Positions 17,260 to 26,400 of a stretch of DNA of 30,482 nucleotides are shown here, piece after piece. The translations under genes and the position numbers were made by a program. The DNA comes from an uncultured Treponemataceae bacterium (GTDB taxonomy: Bacteria > Spirochaetota > Spirochaetia > Treponematales > Treponemataceae). Position 1 is the first letter of the stretch. Every line of letters begins with the position of its first letter. Location of the stretch: NCBI GenBank assembly GCA_964622185.1, contig CAZUPJ010000001.1, forward strand, positions 1-30,482. Reading direction: 5' to 3'. Below the pieces are notes generated by a model that worked only from the letters and a program-made list of their open reading frames with translations, did not search any database and had not been told where the DNA came from.

Positions 17260-18888
17260 TTAGTCTGTTGATAAAGAACGAATGAGTTTTTTTATCTTTA
17301 AAATCAATATAGGACTCATGCTAAAATCTTTTAAACCGCTTTTTAATAATGCTTCGGTAAACGTACTGTTTCCAGCCATTTCACCGCAAAGGTCTACCGT
17401 AATGCCGGCTTTTTCTCCAACTGATATAACATGCTTTATTAAAGCAAGAACGGCAGGGTGCCCTTCGTCATAAAGGTCCGAAATTGCATTATTCCCTCTA
17501 TCCACAGCTAAGGTGTATTGCGTTAGGTCATTTGTTCCTATGCTAAAAAAGTCAGACACGGTTGCAAGTTCTTCGGCATTAACTGCCGCTGCAGGAGTTT
17601 CAATCATAATTCCCACCGGAACCTGTTTAAATGGTAGTCCTTCTTTTTTTAGTTCTGCATATGCTTCATCAATAATTTTTTTTGACTGTACTATTTCATC
17701 TTTAGAGATAATCATTGGAATCATTATTTTTAAATTTCCATAATGACTTGCTCGCAAAAGAGCCCTAATTTGAGTTTTAAAAATATCAGTGTTTTTTAGA
17801 CAATACCGAATAGCTCTCCACCCCAAAAAAGGATTATCTTCTTTTGGAATACCTAGAGCTTCAATGTGTTTGTCGCCACCTGCATCAAGGGTTCTAAAAA
17901 TAACTGGTTTTTCTCCTAGAGCACTTACTACCGATTTATATGCTTTGAATTGCTCTTCTTCTGTTGGAAGACGATTACCGCCGTTTTCCATAAATAAAAA
18001 TTCTGTTCTAAAAAGACCAATGCCATCTGCATTTGCTTTTAGTACGTCTTCTACTTCTTGAGTTGTTCCAATATTTGCGTATAAGGTTATATGTTTTCCA
18101 TCTAAGGTAATTGCTTCTTCGTTGAGCATTTTTAAGGCTTTATTGTCGTCATCTTTTTTGCATTTTATGCTGCATTCAAATTCTTTTATAAGTTCGTCGG
18201 AAGGATTAATGTGTACAGTACCGGTGAAACCGTCAATTGCACAATAGTCATTGTTTTTTATACTATTTTCTATGTCTGTTAGGCCCGAAATCATGGGAAT
18301 TCCCATTGCCCGAGAAATAATGGCTGCATGAGAAGTTTTGCTTCCTGTTTCTAGTATAAAACCTTGTAAAAGATTTTTGTTTACTTTTGCCATATCTGCA
18401 GGACCTATTTCTTTTGCTGCTAAAATAAAGGGTTCATTAAGTGTCGTTGGAGTAGCTTTTTTTCCTTGTAGTGTTCTAAACATTATTCTGAAAATTTGCT
18501 TAAAGTCATCTGCCCTTGCTTGAAAGTATGGGTCTTCTAATGCCAGCATGGTATTTACATATTTTTCACACACATAAGAGAGAGAACTTTCAACGGTAAC
18601 AAGTTCTTTTTCCAAATATTCATTGAGTTCTTTTATAAGTTCTGGGTCGCGTAGCATTTCAATATAGCATTCAAAAATCTCTTTTTGCTCACCTGGTTCT
18701 GCTTTTTCTGTCAACTCTTTAATTTCAGCCATGGCTCCATTAAACGCTTGCTGAAGTTTTTCTTTTTCGTCTTCAAGTGATTCTTTTTTAATACTGCATT
18801 TTTCGTAGACTAGTGTTTCTACTGTTACTATTAGTATTTTCCCTAATGCTTGCCCATCAGAAACGGGGATGCCTTTTAGTTCTTTCAT
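17260..18888 (-). CDS. ptsI: Phosphoenolpyruvate-protein phosphotransferase (PTS enzyme I)
   Basis: TSHAAIISR phospho-His, GIGLFRTEFLF, RTLDAGGDK, NPFLGWRAIR, FFSIGTNDLTQY and CGEMAG motifs. Confidence 0.96.
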   Translation of the reverse strand: MKELKGIPVSDGQALGKILIVTVETLVYEKCSIKKESLEDEKEKLQQAFNGAMAEIKELTEKAEPGEQKEIFECYIEMLRDPELIKELNEYLEKELVTVESSLSYVCEKYVNTMLALEDPYFQARADDFKQIFRIMFRTLQGKKATPTTLNEPFILAAKEIGPADMAKVNKNLLQGFILETGSKTSHAAIISRAMGIPMISGLTDIENSIKNNDYCAIDGFTGTVHINPSDELIKEFECSIKCKKDDDNKALKMLNEEAITLDGKHITLYANIGTTQEVEDVLKANADGIGLFRTEFLFMENGGNRLPTEEEQFKAYKSVVSALGEKPVIFRTLDAGGDKHIEALGIPKEDNPFLGWRAIRYCLKNTDIFKTQIRALLRASHYGNLKIMIPMIISKDEIVQSKKIIDEAYAELKKEGLPFKQVPVGIMIETPAAAVNAEELATVSDFFSIGTNDLTQYTLAVDRGNNAISDLYDEGHPAVLALIKHVISVGEKAGITVDLCGEMAGNSTFTEALLKSGLKDFSMSPILILKIKKLIRSLSTD

Positions 18889-18933
18889 ACTGTTTCCTCT
18901 AAAATATAAAGAATTCTTAAAACATTATAGTCT

Positions 18934-18962
18934 ATTATAAATGCTTTTTTTGTATAACACAA
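18934..18962 (-). promoter_or_regulatory. Possible ptsI promoter
   Basis: Minus strand TTGTGT, 17 bp, TATAAT. Confidence 0.45.
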
Positions 18963-19027
18963 TACAAAACAGGAAAAAAACTTTCATTGTACTTTTTATC
19001 TTTACCTTTCTATGTTATACTTTTTTT

Positions 19028-20041
19028 ATGATAGTTTACAGTACAGAGTGTGATACTCGTTTTACCGATTATGGAATACTTATTCCAATTCGTTACAATA
19101 AAGCCAAAATGGTATATGAAAAACTTTGCATAGGGTGTATGCAAAATGTTGAAAAAGCAAAGTGGGTTTACACGCCTTCGAATAATCCAATGAACAAAGC
19201 CTTGCTATTACTTTGCCATTCTAAACGCTACGTAGAAAGCCTTTTGGGAAAGGACTGTGAAAAAGAAGTTGTGCGAACCTATGAGTTATTGAATGAGGAT
19301 GGCTCATTTAACCGCTATGAACCAAAAACTGCACAAAAACCTTTGAGCAATTTAGTGCATGAAAACCTTGTTGGAGCACAAGCGGGATGTGAAGCGGCAG
19401 AAATTGCATTGAAAACAGGCTTTTCATTCTTTTTAGGAGGCGGAAGTCATCATGCAATGGTAGACTATGGAAGTGGTTTTTGCCTTGTAAACGATGTGGT
19501 ACTTATGGCTCGGTATGTGCAAAAAAAAGCACTTGCCAAAAATATATGGATTATTGATGTTGATGCACATAAAGGCGACGGAAGTGCTTTTATAACTAGA
19601 GATGATGATACTATACGTACTTTGAGCATTCACATGAAACATGGTTGGCCGTTGGATTCAAATGAATATAATGAAAACGAAGTTTTTAATCCTTCGTGGA
19701 CTAAAAGTGATATTGACATAGGCATTGCAAAAGGCGAAGAATTGCAGTACGTTTCAAAACTTCGAGAAGGATTATTCTGGTTGGAGAAAAACTTTGGAAG
19801 CTGCGACCTTGCAATTGTAGTTGGAGGAGTTGACCCATACGAAAAAGACGAACTTGCATCTACAAAAGATTTATCTCTTACAAAAGAAATGCTTTTAGAA
19901 CGTGACTTACTTGTGTATAATTTTTTTAAAACACGAAACATACCACAGACCCATGTTATGGCAGGGGGCTATGGCGAATGCTCGTGGGAAATATACGTAA
20001 ACTTTTTAGAACACGTGTTGCCTGAATATATTAGTGTTTAG
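19028..20041 (+). CDS. Histone deacetylase-family Zn-dependent deacylase
   Basis: GGGSHHA, GSGFC, DVDAHKGDG, GVDPYEKD and GGYG motifs. Start moved to ATG 19028, 6 nt after TGtTATACT; the 18941 start overlaps the divergent promoter region. Confidence 0.9.
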   Translation: MIVYSTECDTRFTDYGILIPIRYNKAKMVYEKLCIGCMQNVEKAKWVYTPSNNPMNKALLLLCHSKRYVESLLGKDCEKEVVRTYELLNEDGSFNRYEPKTAQKPLSNLVHENLVGAQAGCEAAEIALKTGFSFFLGGGSHHAMVDYGSGFCLVNDVVLMARYVQKKALAKNIWIIDVDAHKGDGSAFITRDDDTIRTLSIHMKHGWPLDSNEYNENEVFNPSWTKSDIDIGIAKGEELQYVSKLREGLFWLEKNFGSCDLAIVVGGVDPYEKDELASTKDLSLTKEMLLERDLLVYNFFKTRNIPQTHVMAGGYGECSWEIYVNFLEHVLPEYISV

Positions 20042-20187
20042 ATAATTAACAATGCTTACCCACGAGTTTGTGCAAAGGCTTCCTTTCATCACAAACTGTT
20101 AGATACTGCAAGTCAGTTTGCACATAAACGATGATTATACCTATGTTCTGGTAAAACAATTATACATTATTCATTGTAAATTATTAA

Positions 20188-23100
20188 TTAAACTACATGT
20201 AACACTTCTCTTGGCTTAGAGCCGTTTGCAGGGCCTACAATGCCGCGAGCTTCCATGTCTTCAACAAGGCGTGCTGCGCGATTATAACCAATTTTTAACC
20301 TGCGTTGAATGTAAGAAGCAGATGCTTTTCCACTTTGCATAACAATTTCAAGTGCTTCTTCGTATAAAGGATCGTCTCCATCGCTATAGTTTCCTGACAA
20401 TTCAAAATCGTCATCTGCATCGACAAAAATTTCATCGTCTATGTAATCGGGTTCCCCATATTGTTTTACAAACTCGCATACGTTTTCAACTTCGTCATCA
20501 GATACAAAGGTTCCTTGAATACGCACTGGGAAGGGGTCAACGGGACCTGCGTAGAGCATATCGCCTTTTCCAAGTAGTTTCTCAGCTCCCACTTGGTCAA
20601 CAATAATGCGGCTATCCATTTTTGAGGCAACCATAAACGCAATACGGCTTGGAATGTTTGCTTTGATAAGACCTGTAATAACATCAATAGAAGGACGTTG
20701 TGTTGCAAGCACTAAATGTATACCAATAGCTCGGCTCATTGCTGCAAGGCGTGCAACGGTTGATTCAAGCTCTTTTCCTGTTGTTGCCATAAGGTCTGCA
20801 AATTCATCAATAACAAGAACTATGTAGGGGAGGGCTTCGGTTGCAATGCGTCTTTCTTTTATGCGTCGGTTATAACTTTCAATATCTCGAACACCCATAC
20901 CGTCTAAAAGAGCATAGCGACGCTCCATTTCGCATAAACAGTATTGTAATGCTTGGAATGCTTTTTTAGGCTCTGTAATAACGGGGGTCAAAAGATGAGG
21001 AATATCATTATATAATTTAAGCTCAACAATTTTGGGGTCTATAAGAATCATTTTTACTTGTTGAGGAGAGCGTTTATACAGAATTGATAAAATCATAGAA
21101 TTTACACATACCGATTTACCAGCACCCGTTGCCCCTGCAATAAGGAGGTGGGGTGTTTTTGCTAGGTCTATTATTTGAGCATCGCCTGAAATGTCTTTGC
21201 CTAAAACTACTGGGACTGCCATTTTGTCAAATTCGTGTAGCTTCATATCGATTAATTCTCTAAACCCTACAATTGAGCGTTTTTTATTTGGAACTTCTAT
21301 ACCAACGGCGTGTTTGCCTGGAATTGGGGCTACAATTCGAATGCTAGGAGCGGCAAGCCTGAGTGCAATATTATCGCTTAAAGAAACAATTTTACTAAGC
21401 TTTACTCCAGGGGCGGGTAGAATTTCGTACATGGTTACCACGGGACCTTTTCTTATGCCTGTTACTTGAGCTTCAATTTTAAACTCGCTCAAAGTTTTTT
21501 CTAATGTATCACCTGCTTGACGAGTTGGCTCATCAATAATCCAGTATTCGGAATCGGCATATGCAGTTAAAAGCCCATCAACAGGTATTTTGTATGGGGC
21601 ATTTAAGCGTTGTTTTGCAGGTTTAGACACTTCTATTTCGGGTTGAACTTCTTGGTTTTGAATAGTGCTTGCTTCTACTTTACTTTCTAGTACTGTAACA
21701 ACATCTTCTTCATCGTTTATGAAGTGTATGTCAAGGTCTTCAGAATCATCATTTAAAAATGCATATTCGTCCGTGGGGTCGGCATAGTATTCTTGCATAT
21801 TGTCAATGCCGATTTCGTCGTTTTGATATTCTGCTGCAAGGTTTTGTAGATGTTCTTTATCTTCAGAAAAATTATATTTTTCTTCGTCATCTAAAAGAAC
21901 TGGCGCAATTTCGAAGTCTGCTTCTTCTTCGGAATATGCAATGTTATCAATAGGCTCTTCTTCAGTATTAGGTACTGTTTGTTCATTAGAGTTTGTAGAA
22001 GCGACCTCTTGTGAAAAAGATTCTTCTTGAGGTGCATTGTATGGTTCTTCGGAATTTTCATTTTCCTCTGCAAAAGATATTTCTTCATTATTAGGTTCTT
22101 CTGAAAGAATAATTTCTTCTTTTTCTGGTGTTTCTTCTACATAGGAATTAAAATAGTCAAGTTGATTGTCGTCCTGCATTTCAACTTTTACGTCTTCTTC
22201 AAAACTGATGTTTTGCGGCTCATCTACTGGTTCTGGGTCTTGCACTTCGGTTTGACGTATAAAAGGGCTTGTATGCGAGGCAGAAACTTCTTCTTCTCCT
22301 AAATCTATAAATCCATTTTCGTAAGGCTCTGCGTAAACAATGTCTTGTGGTGCTACATTTTGGGGAATGATTTCGTTCTCAATTTTTGACTCTGCTTGTT
22401 CAACTGTTTCGCTTTCTTTATAAATATCCTGTTCTTCTTCTGAGTTTTGAACTTCATCATTAAGGGCTTGACTTAAGCTCTGCTCTTGGGCAAAAACTTC
22501 ATGCTCTACTTGCTCTTTTATTCCGGAAAAAAGATTTTCTGCAAATGCATATTCGTCTTCTGTCTCTTCTATCTCTTCTGTTGAAGGTTCTTTTGTTTCA
22601 GATGGGTGCTCATTTTCAGTTTCTGTTTTTTCTTCGTCTTTTCTTTCAAAATTGAGATTGGTGTTTTCAATTTCATCATACGAAGGATTTTCTTCTGGTA
22701 AGGCTGTATTGGCAGATTCTTCTGTTTCTATAGTCGTGGAAATATTTTTTTCTTGCACGTTTGTATTAAAATTTTCTGTGCTTGCTTTAGCAACAGGCTT
22801 TTCTTTTTTAGCTTTTTTTTGGGAAAATATTATTTCGGCAGCTAGTCCTAGTAAAATGTATTCAATTGCACATAGCAATGTGCTTACCAAAAAGAAAGTT
22901 GATAATCCGATAATTTTAGCAGGACCTGAAGAAGGAAAAATGCTTTTTGTAAAGGATTCGAGTGCTACAACCGTTAAAAAAGGGATAATTGAGCCTGCTA
23001 GAAATACACCAGTTTTATCTGTCCATGTGGAAAAAAATGTAATTATTCCAACTGCAAGTAAAAATAGCGGAATAAGAAAGGACGATATTCCGTATACAGA

Positions 23101-23256
23101 TACCAACGCTTTTCCAAAATTGTAAAACGATAGTGATAAGCCTTGAAAAGCTATTCCAAAATCAAAAATTTGGGGAATAAGAAATAATATAAAAAGGGCC
23201 GCTAGCAAAAGCGAAAAAGCCCCTAACGCAATTGTAATTTTCTCAAACGGTTTCAT
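20188..23256 (-). CDS. ftsK: DNA translocase FtsK
   Basis: N-terminal TM domain, long acidic linker, [40 protein letters not shown] and gamma domain [23 protein letters not shown]. Confidence 0.96.
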   Translation of the reverse strand: MKPFEKITIALGAFSLLLAALFILFLIPQIFDFGIAFQGLSLSFYNFGKALVSVYGISSFLIPLFLLAVGIITFFSTWTDKTGVFLAGSIIPFLTVVALESFTKSIFPSSGPAKIIGLSTFFLVSTLLCAIEYILLGLAAEIIFSQKKAKKEKPVAKASTENFNTNVQEKNISTTIETEESANTALPEENPSYDEIENTNLNFERKDEEKTETENEHPSETKEPSTEEIEETEDEYAFAENLFSGIKEQVEHEVFAQEQSLSQALNDEVQNSEEEQDIYKESETVEQAESKIENEIIPQNVAPQDIVYAEPYENGFIDLGEEEVSASHTSPFIRQTEVQDPEPVDEPQNISFEEDVKVEMQDDNQLDYFNSYVEETPEKEEIILSEEPNNEEISFAEENENSEEPYNAPQEESFSQEVASTNSNEQTVPNTEEEPIDNIAYSEEEADFEIAPVLLDDEEKYNFSEDKEHLQNLAAEYQNDEIGIDNMQEYYADPTDEYAFLNDDSEDLDIHFINDEEDVVTVLESKVEASTIQNQEVQPEIEVSKPAKQRLNAPYKIPVDGLLTAYADSEYWIIDEPTRQAGDTLEKTLSEFKIEAQVTGIRKGPVVTMYEILPAPGVKLSKIVSLSDNIALRLAAPSIRIVAPIPGKHAVGIEVPNKKRSIVGFRELIDMKLHEFDKMAVPVVLGKDISGDAQIIDLAKTPHLLIAGATGAGKSVCVNSMILSILYKRSPQQVKMILIDPKIVELKLYNDIPHLLTPVITEPKKAFQALQYCLCEMERRYALLDGMGVRDIESYNRRIKERRIATEALPYIVLVIDEFADLMATTGKELESTVARLAAMSRAIGIHLVLATQRPSIDVITGLIKANIPSRIAFMVASKMDSRIIVDQVGAEKLLGKGDMLYAGPVDPFPVRIQGTFVSDDEVENVCEFVKQYGEPDYIDDEIFVDADDDFELSGNYSDGDDPLYEEALEIVMQSGKASASYIQRRLKIGYNRAARLVEDMEARGIVGPANGSKPREVLHVV

Positions 23257-23326
23257 TTAAACTCCTACATCTGAATATCGGAAAAAAAAGCAGGTGATAT
23301 TAGAGAAAATCAATTTTTTTCACACG

Positions 23327-23356
23327 TTGACAAAAAATAGAGGAGGAGTGTATAAT
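23327..23356 (+). promoter_or_regulatory. Consensus sigma70 promoter of the 1588-aa lipoprotein gene
   Basis: TTGACA (23327-32), 18 bp, TATAAT (23351-56). Confidence 0.75.
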
Positions 23357-23419
23357 AGTAAAAGGGTTATTGTTCTTTTTTTCTTGTTGCGTTTAACCCT
23401 TGTGTGATAAAGGGGTTGT

Positions 23420-26400
23420 ATGAAAAAAATAGTATTGTTACTATTAGTATCTTTTCTTTTTTTCTCCTGTAAATGGTATAAGGCAGACTTAATTGAATAT
23501 TTAGATTATTACTCAAATAGTGCCGCAATAGAATATTATAAACTTGACGGAAGTTATCCCAGTACAGGCGGAATAACAAATATACCTGGTGGAACTGCAA
23601 AAAACATATCTTTTATAATGAGAAACCCTAAAAAGTATGATTTAAACTTTGGGATTACATGGCATAATAGCCCCTTAGGGCAAACACAACCTGTATACGG
23701 GGTAGACTATACATTTAATCAAGAACCATATGATACACTTGTAATGACACTAACGGAAGCATTTTTAGATAAACTTGATTCAAACCCTACATATGGTGAC
23801 ATATCTGCAACAATAAGCCTGCAAGATTCATTTTCTGGGCGAAACTTTGAAACATATAGTTATAATTTAATAGCAAACTCACCGCCAACAACCCCTCAAG
23901 GTGCAGTATTTTTAAAACATTCAGATTTGCACACATGGATCCTTTCCTTTAATCTATCGACTACAGAATTACGAAAAGCAAAAGATAATGATATACGCAC
24001 TGTAACACTAAACAATACAGGTCATAGTGTAAATATAGACCACACAGACGGCAGTTTTACCGTTTCTGGAAGCTTAACCACGGATGAAAGCCTTGTAAAG
24101 CAAGGTAAAAACATAACACTAGAAGATGCCATAGGGCAAAGATACTTTCATGGCGAAAACACGGTGTACTATGTAACCGATATACCAACCTCTCAAAGTC
24201 CCACTGCAAGTTTGAGTTTTACCGATAGTCGAGGCTTAACGAGTGAAATGGCAACAGTAAGTACAAACGGTTTGGTAAAAACACAGTACTACGTTTCAGA
24301 AAGTGGAAGTGATAGTAATACAGCATCTATAAGTAGCCCATACAAAACACTACAAAAAGCAATTGATACCATTCTTGCAAGCAACGATGCAAATAAAACC
24401 TATGTAATTTATACAAAAGGTAATGTTGGAAGCGGAACCATTGCCCCTACAAATAGCGATGTGCACAATATACGCATAGAAGGTTATGACAGTGGAGCTA
24501 TTATAGATACATTAAGCATAAAGGGTAGTGAAACAAGAATACACATATCGAGCGACATAGAAATTACTAATGCAACAATTACCGATGGTTCAACAGCAAC
24601 AATAACAGATTCAAGTGTTCAAAAAATGGTTGTGTCGAATAATTCAAATATACATATAGATGATGTAAACCTAACAGAGTTAGAGTACACATCAACAAAT
24701 GTGAGTGTAAGTTTTGCGTCAAAACCTGCAAACCCAATAAAAATAACCGTACCTGCAAACACAGTAAATAATACCCTGCTTGTAAAAGGAAGTGGTGCAA
24801 ATCTTGCAGAATCAGACTTTACGCTAAACGCTTCAAGCGGTAGCGTGTATGTAGCAGATAGTAACCTCTATTACAGCACCCATAAACAAGTAGTGTGGAC
24901 AAATGTAACTTCAAAAGCAACAGAGGCAGCACAAAAAGCAAAAGCAAAAATTCCTTCGTTTACTATAGGTTCAAATTTTACTGTGCCAATACAAGCTGTA
25001 GCGTTCCATGAAAGCGATACAAATAACGCCGATAAAGAGAAAGCAATTAAAAACTCACTCATAGAAGCCTTTGCTGGGGCGAGCTATCCTGTCGGTGTAC
25101 AGCCACTTACAGCTGACGACATACGTGTAAATCTTTCTCTCAGTTCTGCATACATACGATTTAGAGTAAGTAGTGGGTACGCTTTTGAGAGGACAAATGT
25201 TGAAACAGAAAAGACTCTATACATTACTTTGAGCGGAGATTTTGAATCTCTTGAACAAGTAAACTGGAAGAGCATAACAACAGAGGCAATAGCAAGTGCA
25301 ACAGACGGCAGGTCTTCTCTACCACAAATTACGATAAGTGAAGCCGGCTCTGTAACAACAGGGAACGCAACTGTGAGTTTTGTAAATAGTGCTATACCGA
25401 GTGGAGAAAACAAAGAAAAAGCTGTAAAGCAAGCTCTTATGTTTGCTATAAACAAAAAATTACCGACCGGAATTGCAGCCCTTACAGAAAACGATATAAG
25501 CCTAACAGTTAACAGTGCAAATGCTAGGCAAGCGAGTGTAACAATTACACTTAAAGCAGTAGAAGGATACTTAATTAGGCTAAATGATAAAAACGATACA
25601 AGTGTAGCCATTAGTTTAACCGTAGTAAGCCCTGTTGATTTTGGAGATATTACGATGCTAGATGCATCTACTATTAGAATGGGCACTCCAAGTGGAGACA
25701 ACATGGCTTTTACCGGTACATGGACTGTAGATAACATGAGCTTTAATGGCAATAACTCTACTTCTAAGCTAACAATAACAGCCGGTAGCACAATAACAAA
25801 TAGTCAGCTTGCAACGGCTATAAAGGATGCTATAAATGCTCCTACAGGAATTACTGTTACGGTTGAGCCAAATAATGATACCGTTGTAACTCCACTTGAT
25901 AAGACTTTTAGTGCAACGCTCAGCGTACAGACCGGTTATTTGTTTACAGACCTTGCAGAAGAAAAGAAAATAGAAAATATTAGTTTTAATGTAGAACAAA
26001 AAACCACCTTAGAAGGCATTACTGGAAATGCGATAACGGGCAATGCAACGTTTGCCCAGCTTAGTTCTGGCAGTAGCGTTGGCGTAACTTTTACGGCAAC
26101 TGATAACGCAACAAAAGTAGCAAATCTTGAAACAGCGCTTGTAAGCTCTTTTAACGAAAACTTACAGGAAAGAGGTTTTAATGCCATAAATGAATCAAAC
26201 ATTAACATAGCCGTTACAGAAGCAACTTATGAAAGTACAACTATTACACTTAGTGGAATAACGGTAAATACCGCAGCTGGATATACCTTGCAAGAAGGTA
26301 GCCCTAATACTATTACCTTTACGCTCAACGGTAACTTTAAGACACGAGTAGATATCTCACTAAGTGGCTCAATAGAAAAAAATACAAATATAGCCGGTAT

